Origin: Lytechinus pictus
Lineage: Eukaryota
DNA: 64,000 nt
NCBI RefSeq assembly: GCF_037042905.1
Contig: NC_087245.1
Coordinates: 8,806,001-8,870,000, forward strand
Reading direction: 5' to 3'
A program made the translations under genes and the position numbers. The first letter of the stretch is position 1, and every line of letters begins with the position of its first letter. The notes beneath the pieces are model-generated. The model was not told where the DNA came from, searched no databases, and worked only from the letters and a program-made list of their open reading frames with translations. Positions 52,213 to 64,000 of the stretch are shown here, piece by piece.

Positions 52213-55210
52213 TTATTTGCTAACGAACTGATTATATTTTGCTGGCATCTGGATTCCTGTTCTTGTGCGCGTAGATTTGGTAGGCCAGTTCGATTGGTTC
52301 GTTACGCGATCAGCGCTTGTCGACTGAGTCTGAGAGCTGTTCGCGGGTACCTCCTTAGCACGTGATTCGACTGGTTTAGCCGTCACTTCGGCGTAGGATG
52401 GTTGCTGACGTGTCTTCTGACCCACTGGCTGGAATATAGTAGCATCTTCTTGGCTACCATGCGTTGTAGGGCTCTCTGTCTCAGCAATCTGTGTGTCTGG
52501 AATGAGAGGTTCAGCTGTTGATCTCAAGAACCTCCGGTTCCTCCTTAACATTCGGCCAGCTTCTGTTTGAACCAAGAATGACCGTGGACCAACTTTCTCC
52601 ATGCAGATTCCTCTGCCCCACTCCAGGCCACGATTCTTAGGCTGGATGCGGACCTGTTGCCCAATCTCTAGCTCAGGAAGCGGAGTTGCTGTTCGGTCAT
52701 AGTATTTCTTGGCTTTCTGTTTCTTGTGACTGATGTGTTGTGATACACCTCCTATTACTTGTGGTTTAAGGAGTGCTTCTGGTGTTGGTAGTAGTGTTGG
52801 TTCGTCGAGCCATCATCTTTTGTGCCGGGCTGGCACCACTATCAGCAGGCGTATTCCTCCAGTCCAATAAAGCCAACTGGACGTCTTCTCCTTGTTTTGC
52901 TGCTTTCTTGAGTAGAGTCTTGGCAATTTTCACTGCTGATTCTGCTTTTCCATTGCTTTGAGCATGCAATGGTGAAGAGGTTATATGCTCAACCTCCCAG
53001 TCGGCAACAAACTGAGCATACTCCTTGGCAACAAACTGGGGTCCATTGTCAGTTATCACCTTGTCTGGACGTCCATACCGTGCGAAATGGCCTTTTGTGC
53101 ATGCCACAATGACTGCTGCCCTTGTGTCACCTGTTATCTTGTCGATCTCCCAGTAATCACTGTAGTGGTCAACAGTTATCAGATAGTCCTCATTGTGGAG
53201 AGTGAAGAGGTCCTGTGACACGATACTCTGCTCGGCCTGCTCGGAATATCATATGAAAACATCGGCTCCTTTTGTTGTTTTGGCTGAAAAGCATTGCAGG
53301 TGCTACATTGTGTCACCTTTTCTTTCGCCTCTGCCTGCATACCTGGCCAAAAGAGAACATCCCGAGCGCATCTAACACAGGCATCGACTCCGAGGTGACT
53401 GCTATGCACTCCATTCAGCATTAGGGCTCTCATGGCTGATGGAACAATGACTTTCTCGCCCTTGTATAGAACTCCATTCTGTACCGTTATTTCGTCTCGG
53501 TAATTGTAGTACTCGCGTACTACTACAGGAACATCATCCTTGGTCTCCAACCATCCGTTCATTACTACCGACGTCAGTGTATGCAGTGCTGGATCTTGGA
53601 GCGTCTCCTTTTGCAGCTGAATAGATGTTGCATCACTGATTCGGAGGTACTTGGTCTGATTGATTTGTTCTATCTCCTGATAGATCTTATCTCTGCCTTC
53701 AGTGGTCGGTAAGAACGCTCTGCTCAGCCAATCAGCGATATACATTTCTCTGCCTGGACAGTATATCACATCCAGAAGGTAGTTCTGGAGTCTTAGCATC
53801 ATCCTTTGGAGCCGTTTTGGGGCACTATGTATAGCCTTCTTGAAGATTGGTACGAGGGGTTTGTGATCGGTATGCACTGTTACATCTCTTCCCCGTATGA
53901 AGTGGTCAAACTTCTCGCAGCTGTATACTATAGCCAAGCACTCCTTTTCAATTTGGGCATAGTTTTGTTCACTCCTTGTCAAGGATCTAGATGCAAAGGA
54001 TACTGGCTGCCCATTCAGAAACAAGGTCGCTCCCAGTCCCTTCTCCGAAGCATCACATCGTATGGTGACCTCCTCTTTTACGTCAAAGTACTTGAGCACT
54101 GGAGCTTGTGTGAGGAGTTGTTGCACCTCTGAGCGTTTCCTCAGGTTCCGGTCTCCACTCAAAGTGCACATCCTTGTCAGTCAAACGTCCCAGAGGCTCC
54201 GCCACATCTTATAGTCGAGGCAAGAATCTTGAAAGGTAAGTGACACTACCCAATAGCCTCTGGAAACCTTTCTTGTCAGTCGGAGTTGGCATCTCCACAA
54301 CAGCCTGTACCTTCTTTGGATCTGGTTTAAGGCCAGTTGATGTCAAAAGATGTCCCATGTATGGCACTTCACTCAGTCGTAATCTGAGCTTCTTGTTCAA
54401 GGTCAGCCCGACCTTTCTTGCTCTTGCCAAGAACTTGCGGAGATTATTGTCGTGGTCTGCAGGGGCTTCCTCCAGATTAGCACCACTACCATATACTAGG
54501 AATTCATCTGCCACAACATCAACACCAGATAAGCCTTCAATGATCTCATGTTGCCTTCTCTGAAACTCTTCCGGTGCCGTACATATGCCAAAGGGCATAC
54601 GAGTCCATCTATAATGACCGAATGGCGTTGCAAATGTCGTCAGTAAACTGCTCCTTTCTGTCAGCTTCACTTGCCAGAAACCGTCCTTTGCATCTAGCAC
54701 TGAGAACACCTTGGCCTTGGCAAGCTTTGGTAGGATGTCATCCATCGTGGGCATAAGATAGTGTGGTCTCTTCAGCGCTCTGTTCAGTTCTCTCGGATCC
54801 AAGCAGATTCTGAGTTTCTGATTCTGAGCCTCTCTGCTTTAGCTCATCAAGCTTCTGCTTCAGTTCTCCCTTCAGAGGCACTACCACCTTCCTAGCTAAG
54901 TTCTAGACTGAGGGAATGGATGGATCGATCTCCATGTCGTAGTCACCTGGCAGGCAACCAAGACCCTCAAAGACATCAGCATAATCATCAATAATACTGT
55001 CCTCCATTACGTTGATTTCATCAGTAACATTGACAGTAATCGGTCCCATGTCGATGGATGTCTTGCTGGACAATAGGGGTATGTGTCAGACATCAACTAT
55101 CTTGAATGTGATATCATGCTGCTTGGTACCATAACGACAAGTGTACGTCTTCTCTCCCAGAACTGGAATTATGCTGCAATTCAACAGCCTTATTCTGGAT
55201 TTGCTTGGAT
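52213..55210 (-). pseudogene. Ty3/Gypsy pol relic (PR C-terminus, RT, RNase H, IN); no LTRs seen
   Basis: CLDPRELN, LDAKDGFWQ, RMPFG, VADEF (ADD mutated), CDASEKGLGA, YAQIEKE, TDHKPL, HSSHLG...CxxC, TDNGPQF, SNGKAE, PRSFLV..RRNR; frameshifted. Confidence 0.9.
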
Positions 55211-55443
55211 CGATGCATGGTTGTAAGAGTAACAGTTAAAAGCTTCAATCAGAACTCTATTGAACACATTCAATTAGTAACACTTTTACACATTGGCACC
55301 AAAAGGAACAAGAAATTGTTTTTGAACTGGCATAGTATTTTCAAGTTTGCAGTAGCCCTCATCTGCTCCACTCTTCATAATATTTTTTTCTGCAGGTTAT
55401 GACCGATTGTAGAAGAATGCTTTAAATATTTTCAGTCTTTAAA

Positions 55444-55522
55444 TAGTCAACTCTGCCTAAGTCGAATCTGTTGGGACTGAAGAAATTGCTTCGACTTTTT
55501 TTGACTTAGGCAGAGTTGACTG
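55444..55522. mobile_element. Tiny pogo/Tigger-like MITE
   Basis: AGTCAACTCTGCCTAAGTC...GACTTAGGCAGAGTTGACTG followed by TA. Confidence 0.7.
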
Positions 55523-55941
55523 TACCTTCTAGTGGGGAAATCAGAAATGATTTTTGTAACATTAATTAGGATATTATTACAGCCTCAATATATTTGATAA
55601 GTTTCATTTCAAGCTACAAAGAGAAGGTTTCTCCTCCCCCCACATCAAAGTTTGCAAATGAAGGACACGACAGTTCAACACGTGGTGTATTATTTACCAG
55701 AAGTAAGAACATTTTCTAAAAATGCATGATGAATTATCTACTTTTGAATTTTGATTCCAAGTCAAGGATTTACCAATCCTTTAAATTTTCAAATATTTCT
55801 TTGGAACAAGCTCCTTATTACTTACATACTGCAGGACAACATAGAGCCAAATTTGTAGCAAAGTTATCCCGATTAACACCACCTTACAGTATTTGTTTCT
55901 TTGATTTTACTGTTCATTCGTATCAAGACTTTTTCTTTTAA

Positions 55942-56609
55942 AGGGTCACTATTACGGAAATACATGTTAGCTTCTATTGATGTATATGGGTTCATACATT
56001 AAGAAATTAATAACCGTTTCATAAAAATGTTTCCCATATTTATAATTAATTTTTTCTGAAGTTTTTTTCACCTAGCTAAGGAACGCCCCTAAAAATCCTC
56101 CAGATATTCATGAGTACCTTGTGACATCACTTGTCACTCACAAGCAGGAAAAATCAACATAACAATGCACAGTATCATGCAACTCAATGAGCGAGCTGCT
56201 AATGCTCACAATAGCAGGACAGATTTTTATACAATGCCACCTCACAACATTTCTTACTTCACTGCTTGGACATGCCAGACATAGCATAATCTGAATGGTT
56301 GTTAGGTGGTATTCATTGAAAAATCTGTCCTGCTATTGTGAGCATTAGCAGCTCGCTAGGTGAGTTGCATGATATTGTGTATTGTTATGTTGATTTTTCC
56401 TGCTTGTGAGCGACAAGTGATGTCACAAGGTACTCATGAATATCTGGAGGATTTTCGGGGGGCGTTTCTTAGCTAGGTGAAAAAAATTTCAGAAAAAAAT
56501 TAATTAAAAATATGGGAAACATATTTTTATGAAACGGTTATTAATTTATTAATGTATGAACCCATATACATCAATAGAAGCTAACATGTATTTCCGTAAT
56601 AGTGACCCT
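55942..56609. mobile_element. Kolobok-like foldback element with ~290-bp arms
   Basis: TTAA TSD; AGGGTCAC...GTGACCCT termini; arms 55942-~56228 and ~56319-56609 are highly similar inverted repeats. Confidence 0.85.
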
Positions 56610-57225
56610 TTAAATCAAGACCTATTCCCTTAACAGATCTTACAGGAATATTAAAATAAACACTGATCAGGGTACACATGGAGCAATTGAAAAATGCTAC
56701 TTTAACCAAATTCATGGTTGACTGGTGTGAAAACTTGTAAGAGAGTCAATGTAATGGTTCATAGTGATGCGCATCAAATTAATAGATTAGCCGGACAGTC
56801 AATGTTTTTCACAGTTCAAAACTGGTAATATTGGAGTCTAGTTGAACTCATGCTTTCAATCAGTTTTGGATCTGGCAGTCGCTGGATGATGCTATTGTGG
56901 TGTTCCAGGGAAATGTCTCTCTTCAGCGGCCACCTGAAAATACCTCTGCTTCCTTGTACTACCTCCATGTAGTTGTTACCTCATCAGCTAACACAGCCAT
57001 AACCTAATAATGATGACAAGATAAGGGAATATTCTTTTATCATGAACATCAAAGTGAAATGGCATTTGTGAAAAAAGCATTGTGAGATAATTTCATTCAT
57101 TCCTGGCATTTCTTTAAATATACAAACTTTTGGCAGAATAGTGATATTCATGGTCTCATATCAAACAACTTACATTATTAGGAGAGTTATAAATTATATT
57201 AAATGGGTTTTTGATATCTGATTTA

Positions 57226-60200
57226 TAGTCGATTTCACAGTCTCATAGGCTCAATACACCAACCTAGAAATGTTCTTTCCGATGAAGTTTTTTTCTTGAT
57301 TCGTGTTCCTATGGGATCCTAGAACAAATTCAGCTTGGTTGCCCAAAGTTGCCGTTTGGGCAATTTTGCTAATTTGCATAAATCCAAAATGGCCGCCAGA
57401 TGCCATCTTGAAAACCTAACTTTTGAACCCCTTTCCCCAAAATGATGAGTAATGACTCTTTTTATGGGTTTACAGATGTGTAGAACCGATTTCTGTAATC
57501 ATTTTTGCAATATAAGGTCATCTTCAGGTCAAATCCAAGATGGCCGCCAGATGCCATCTTGAAAAATTGACTTTTGATCCCCTTGCCCCAGAATGACGGG
57601 TAATACCTCTGTTTAGGGGTTTTGGGGTGCGCAGACTCCATTTCTGCTTTCTATTTTGCAATGGAATGTTATATTCAGGTCAAATCCAAAATGGCCGCCG
57701 TATGACGCCATCTTGAAATATCAACTTTTTAACCCTTTGCCCCAGAATCATAAATAATAACTCTATTCATGAGTCATTTGGTATGTTGATTCAATTTATG
57801 CTGTAATTTTGCATAAAGGATAATCTTCAGATCAATTCCAAGATGGCCGCCAACCGCCATCTTGAAAAATATACTTTCCGAGGCTTATACGTGTTAGAAC
57901 TAATGTAAAGGGATTTCAGTAAGAATACTCATTTCTTTTATTAATTCTCAAGTTTTTGTCCCAGAATCATGAATAATCCCTCTTTTCGTGAGTTATTTGG
58001 TATGTTGATTCCATTTCTGTTAATAATTTAGCAATATAGGATCATCTCCAGGTCAAAATAATCCAAAATGGCCACTAAACGCCATATTAAGAAAAAAACT
58101 ACTTCCCGAGACTATTGAACCTTGAATAAGTACTCTCCCTAATAATAGGTTACTATTATGTATGGGAGCTCATGTAAGAGGATTTCAGTGAGAGTGATTC
58201 ATTTCTTTTATCACTCCATTTTTAGTTCGAGGTAATTCAAGTAATGTCTTAGATGGTCAGATGGTTGATAGATTTCGTCATTAACAGCTTACTTTAGAAT
58301 AAAACCATTCCAAGGTTTGGGCTATGATTTCGGGAGTTCTAATCCTTTTTTTTTTTTTTTTCTGTCCAACCATACTTTTCCAGTGAAAGTATTATTTGAA
58401 TTAAAAAGTGATTTCTTCGTATTTTTTTTTTTAAATAGTTAACTTATTAACTTCCTTCATAATTATTATTGGACTTTTCCTCCTGACAAGAGCCATTGAC
58501 TTGGTCAGCAGGAGTGCACTATTTAGCCTCCTGCAGAAGATAGGCTCCCCAAAGACTGTTCCATGGTCAGGATGGATCTCATTCGTGAAATGTTGTGCGA
58601 AAACGATGTCACCCCCTGCCTCTCAAGAGGTGAGAGTACAAGACCTAGTCATACATAACAGCTGCCTGTCCTGTGCATGTAAGGGTTTTGGATCATCCAT
58701 CAGCCTGTGAGACAGAAATCCTGATCGACTCAAGACACCGACTAGTAGCGACTGTCCTCCAGATATCTATATCAACAGCACGCACTCGTCTGGTTGTGGT
58801 GGACTCCTCACCGACCTTGGATCGACTATATGTCTCTAGCTCCCTTTCACTGGACAAGTATATAAGCACCAGGATAGTAAAATCTGTCACAGTCATGACC
58901 AAGCTCTTGTGCGGAAGTAAGTCCTGGAAAACGTACGCCGACCAAGAAAAGTGGCTAAACACCTTCCATGTCAGCTGCCTTGGACGTATCATGCACATTA
59001 AATGGCAGGACAAAATGAAAAATACAGAGGCCCTTCAGCGTATGTGCTGGCATCCCAAGCTTATTCTCGCTCCTTAGTCAAAGGCACCTCAAGTGGTTGG
59101 TGCATGTTCGCCGCATGAAACCTTGGCGAATCCCTTCTTGGATTCGCCAAGGTTAGTTGAGCTGTGTGATTGGTCTCATCCCCATCGGTAAATCACACCT
59201 CCGTTATAAAGACACCTGCAAATGTGACTTAAAACTTGCCGGCATATACACTAAGTACGCTTATGAAGATGTAGATGATAGTCGCCATTCTATGTAGAGC
59301 TACTAAGTACAGGGGTCAAGACGTCAGAAAGTAATCGGAATGCTAAATTGGCAGACCAAAGACGTAGGAGGAAGGCTAGGGCAGCATCTCTATATAAACG
59401 TGTCTCAGTGCCGTTCTCCTTCATCTGTACAAATTTGCTCTAGAGACTGCCACTATAGAGTGGAGCTCTACAGTCACTTTAGAAAATGTAAGACCTAGCG
59501 GTACACCATCGTCTTTTAAGGCGAACTGATGCCTACCAATCATTGGACACATTGATTTAGAAAAAAATATTGAGAAAACACTTTCAAATTCAAATAAGAC
59601 CCTAAAAGCCTCTACAGTACAAAAGTATGGATGGACATTAAAAAAATAAAAATACACGCGAAATGGATCATAGCCCAAACCTAAAGAGGATTCATTCTAA
59701 GTTGAGCAGTTAATGTCGAAATCTGACATCTAAGATATAACTTCACCTTGACCTTAAACTTGATAAGTAATAAAAGAAATGAGTACTCTTACTGAAATCC
59801 CTTTACATTAGCTCTTACACGTATAAGCCTCGGAAAGTATTTTTTCAAGATGGCGGTTGGCAGCCATCTTGGATTTGATCTGAAGGTTATCCTTTATGCA
59901 AAATTACAGCATAAATTGAATCAACATACCAAATGACTCATGAATAGGGTTATTATTTATGATTTTGGGGCAAAGGGTTCAACAGTTGATATTTCAAGAT
60001 GGCGTCATATGGCGGCCATCTTGGATTTGACCTGAAGATGACATTATATTTCAAAATAGAAAGCAGAAATGGATTCTGCACACCCCAAACCCCTAAACAG
60101 AGGTATTACTCGTCATTCTGGGGCAAGGGGATCAAAAGTCAATTTTTCAAGATGGCATCTGGCGGCCATCTAGGAATTTACCTGAAGATGACCTTATATT

Positions 60201-60456
60201 GCAAAAATGATTACAGAAATCTCTAAACCTCTAAAACGAGTCATTACTCATCATTTTGTTGAAAGGAGTTCAAAAGTTAGGATTTCAAGATGGCATCTGG
60301 CGGCCATTTTGGATTTATGCAAATTAGCAAAATTGCCCAAACGGCAACTTTGGGCAACCAAGCTGAATTTGTTCTAGGACCCCATAGGAACACGAATCAA
60401 GAAAAAAACTTCATCGGAAAGAACATTTCTAGGTTCGGAACATGTCAAATCGACTA
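57226..60456 (+). mobile_element. Academ copy 2 (non-autonomous, opposite orientation to copy 1)
   Basis: TAGTCG...CGACTA with TTA/TTA TSD; ~700-bp TIRs of ~151-bp units homologous to copy 1; end-specific sequences are swapped relative to copy 1. Confidence 0.85.
58480..59540 (+). pseudogene. RTE-clade LINE 3' fragment inside Academ copy 2
   Basis: DLVSRSALFSLLQKIG.P, LNTFH..CL.RIM.IKWQDK..NTE.L, QR.L.W..HV.RM...RIP; RTE-like 3' end ccatcgtc...gatgcc. Confidence 0.75.
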
Positions 60457-60559
60457 TTATATCTTCAATAAATGTAAGGGAATCTACTTGGGCAAAAGTA
60501 TGGAGAAACAAGAATATCTGCATGTTTATATTCTTAAATACCTACTTAATTACATACAA

Positions 60560-61210
60560 GCTTAGTGTTCCTACCTCTCCCGTGTAAGTCTTGGTTTTTT
60601 TCCCAACAGGTATAGCAACTTTCACGAACTGTCCTACAGTGACACCGCAATCTTTGTCGGTCTGAGGATGGGCATTTTCAACGGACTCTGGAATGGCTTG
60701 GTACTGTACTGTGTCTTCCAAAATAGAGACATTGATTCGAACTCAGGTGATCTCTTCATTGTCAATTTCATCTTCCAAGGAGCTTTCACTTCTGCTCTCG
60801 ACCTCTGTGGAAGGTTCCTCATCATGCTTGTTGCCTACGCTTTCTGAACAGTCTACTCGTCTTATGTTTGTCAGTTTCCAGTCGTCCACAATCTCTGAGT
60901 TTTGACACCTTCCTTCTGGAACAGAAGAACATCCGGAACAGAAACAAGAAAATCTCCGTGCTTTGATGACATAAGGGTCCAATGCTTTGATGGCATGAAG
61001 TTTCCTTGTCCCTTGGACTGTTCCCACATTGCTCCTCTGTGGTCTGCTTCTACTTATCTCCGATGGGTCTACCATAATAAATGTCCATCTTGAATGGTTA
61101 CATTGTTCATCTACGTTGTCTGGCTTTGCCATCGTCTTGCTACAGAATTCCACAAATGATTTGCTCTCTGTTACTACAACATCATTGTCGGCGCGAACTG
61201 CTTGTGACAC
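60560..61210 (-). pseudogene. Sola2-like transposase C-terminal relic
   Basis: SQAVRA, VQGTRKLHAIK, RRFSCFCSGC...C.N; homologous to 22960-23290. Confidence 0.65.
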
Positions 61211-63282
61211 AGAGTTCTTGATTATTCTTGGTCGGTCTGATAAGCTCTTTATTTACAAAATGTATTCACATGTTACATCTATCTTCGTTGAAAACATGTT
61301 TGGTACTTGGAAACTCCTGTGTGTGTTATGCTGTAGTATTGATTGGGAAATAAAGACTGTGCTCTTGTGTTCTAGCACAAGACTTCGGCACATGTACGTA
61401 ACCCCCGAATGTACGTAACTAAAAGACAGACAAAAACTTTGAGGGGTGCCATCTCAAGGGCCGGCCGAAATTGTTCATAGCTCTTTCATCATACCCCGTG
61501 CGCTCACTCTCCACGCAATCGTTCAATGCACACCTGTTACAAAGTTGACTTCAATCACGGAAGAGAAAGACGCGTTACGTACATTCAGAAACCAGACAGA
61601 CTTTCATCAGAGCAAAACTTAATCGTTTTTATTAAAAAAATGAGCGACATAAGCAAAGAAAATCATTTGCAAGTTAAATACAATCTTATGTTGTAACAGA
61701 GTATGGTACAACATGCTGTTTATCCCTTGTATTAAGATAGTGATACTGTAGTGAACGTACGTATCGGGAAAGACAGACATTTATTCTTTAACAAGGAAGA
61801 ATACAGACACTTCTTATTAGTACTTGCGGAAACAGAAACTGCTCAATTTTTTGGGAGGATCCCCAAAGAGTTCTCTTCATGATAAACGCAGAGTTTATTA
61901 TATCCTCTTACCTTTCATTATTTTTTTAAACAGAAAGAAATCATACATGCTTTCGTGCTAGAAAAAAAAATTGAGTACATGCGCCAAATTTGTCATTTCA
62001 ATATTATTTTTGTAGAAGTTACTAAAATCCTTGTGCATAGATGTATTTATTATGTAATTAGATAATTTATAGTATAAAAACACAAAATACAATATTCTGT
62101 AAACAATTTTCTTTTATTTATTGACATTATAGTTTTTCTTTTTCATTGACCCCATTACTATAGAATACCCCAGGTGTAAATCAAAATTTTGAAAATTCAT
62201 AACTTTTAAACGGATTATCCGATTTTGCTCAAATTTTCAGTTTGATCATTGTATTTTTCTTCATTCACTGACAGCAATGTCTGTGGTTAATTCTCCTTTA
62301 AGCTTTTAATAAGGTTGTTTAAACTCTGACAACTGTTAATTGATTACCTGGAATCTCAATAATCATGATAATTGTCCTCTGCACCAGCCTATTGTATTCA
62401 GTCAGCAGGCCTGTCAGTGTCGATCACTCAGTCAGTGTCACCACTGGTCACATACACAGTTTTTCTAACTTGTACAACTCGACCCTCTGGCGATACGGAT
62501 TTGTACCGGATATCAAAACACTTGACCAACATCAAAGCAATATCATATTCTTCCCTTGAACCAAAACATAAAGTTCTATCACAAGAATTTGGGTGTGATG
62601 GACAAGCATAAAACTGAAGATCAAAATCAAAACAAAGAGTGCCAATTTGCTCACTGTATTGACAAGAAATAGTTTTGGAATAACATGGACTCCATGCCAA
62701 ATTTGGCAGGCTGAAGGTCCTAAAAGCCATTATATTTTGTTTTAAGGATGCTAGATCTAACTAAACTAAAGAAGAGACACTAGTCGATTCAGGTTATGCT
62801 ACCACCTACGGCTTAGCCTAGCCTGGCCCTTGACCTCGTGTAGGTGTACAAAGTACTAGTAGGCCAAATATAAAAAAGCACGCACATGTGCTGTGCGGTA
62901 TATCACGCGCGCCAGTAGTAGCGCGCATATTTCCGGTCGATCGTCCGCGATAATTGTATCTATACTGCCCTGGTGATTGCGATATTGTGAATGAATAAAA
63001 GGGATTATTGTGTGTCGTGAGGGCACCCGGTATTTAACATTGTTAGAAAACAACAATGTGTTTCCAATTTTGTCATCAAACTTCACACAAAGCAGAAAAG
63101 TAGAAATTTCTGCATAAGGAACCGGTACTTGTAATAGAAATATACAAATTTATTTTCGTTTAAAACGAAAAAAATGAGCTGTACAGCCAATGTACTCTTT
63201 TGCAAACCTCGATATATACTATACCCACAATTTAGGGTTGCAAAGGTGATCACTCAGTGAGGTTACAAAATTACTTATTGAT

Positions 63283-64000
63283 CTTAACGATAGTTGGCGC
63301 TATTCTTTGTCTACCCCAAACCATTTGAACAATCAAATCACATCTCTTCAGAAAAAATGCGGGTCGAAACAATAGGACACGAATATGTTCTCCTGTTGGC
63401 TGATTGGAAGCTGCTCCTTGTAGAGGTTTCGAAGATTAATTTTCTTCTCACCTCGAATCGAGGCCTTCACACGAATTGTGCGGAAAGGCTCATCAAAGTC
63501 ATACCTGAGGAGGATGACATTAGGCTCACTCCTCTGATATCGGAGCTGCTTGATCTTAAGCTACTTGACATTGTTTCCCTCTACATCTTTCTTCATATTC
63601 GTGAACAACCGAGCATCCAAGTCTTTGAAGTCAATGAGGTCCTCATGCTGAAGCTGTACAACGGCATATGGATTCTGCTTGCATGCCAACTTAATGACAT
63701 TCACCCACTCCTGTGGATGGTAATGGATGCCCTTTTCTTGGAGTATTCTATGGTCGAGTGGATTAAATCCACCTCCATGTGGGTGTGTCCTGTTTCCAGG
63801 AACTTCTGGTCATGACATCCAATGGGCTGGTTCTTACAACATAATTAAGGCAAGCCGACAAATATCTGTTGTGGTTCTGACCACCGCAACAGTCAGAGAA
63901 GAGACTTACATGTTTAGTGGATGATGGCAAGTCAAACAATGCTCTCATGAGGCAAGTGCCTATTTCACAATCACCTCTCTTGCCTTGGTGTTCTGACCAA
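63283..64000 (-). pseudogene. Sola1-like transposase relic (runs off the window end)
   Basis: LFSDCCGGQNHN and (frameshifted) KFLETGHTHMEVD.IHSTIE. Confidence 0.75.

Noticed and set aside
62365..62730. Coding-like ORF 62428-62730
   Set aside because: No recognisable motif; may be an exon relic but cannot be supported.
63294..63815. 173-aa plus-strand ORF
   Set aside because: Antisense to the Sola1 transposase relic.

Overview
AT-rich eukaryotic (animal) genomic DNA made almost entirely of nested, decayed transposable elements. I found no intact host protein-coding gene, rRNA, true tRNA or CRISPR. The repeat repertoire (Tsp/HINE-like elements, tRNA-derived SINE, Gmr1-like Gypsy, Academ, Sola) suggests a marine deuterostome such as a sea urchin, but that is inference. 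Recognisable elements: two Academ DNA transposons (TAGTCG...CGACTA ends, 3-bp TSDs), each carrying a LINE; a Gmr1-type Gypsy (IN-RT-RH order) with its 3' LTR; a conventional Gypsy pol; Sola1, Sola2, MULE and EnSpm relics; Harbinger, piggyBac, Kolobok, hAT and Tc1-type non-autonomous elements; three Helentron-type HINEs; and fragments of a Crypton-like tyrosine recombinase family, one joined to a SET domain. Most interesting observations: (i) 13 of 15 orientable coding/LINE relics lie on the minus strand, with plus-strand micro-exon candidates upstream, which resembles a uni-strand piRNA cluster; (ii) the SET-domain/tyrosine-recombinase element; (iii) a duplicated ~115-nt sequence with a compensatory base-pair change; (iv) three unrelated nucleosome-length arrays built around YY1, RFX and DR1 motifs; (v) patches saturated with TA-flanked palindromic octamers. 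Family assignments come from motif recognition by eye, with no database search, and boundaries without TSDs are approximate.
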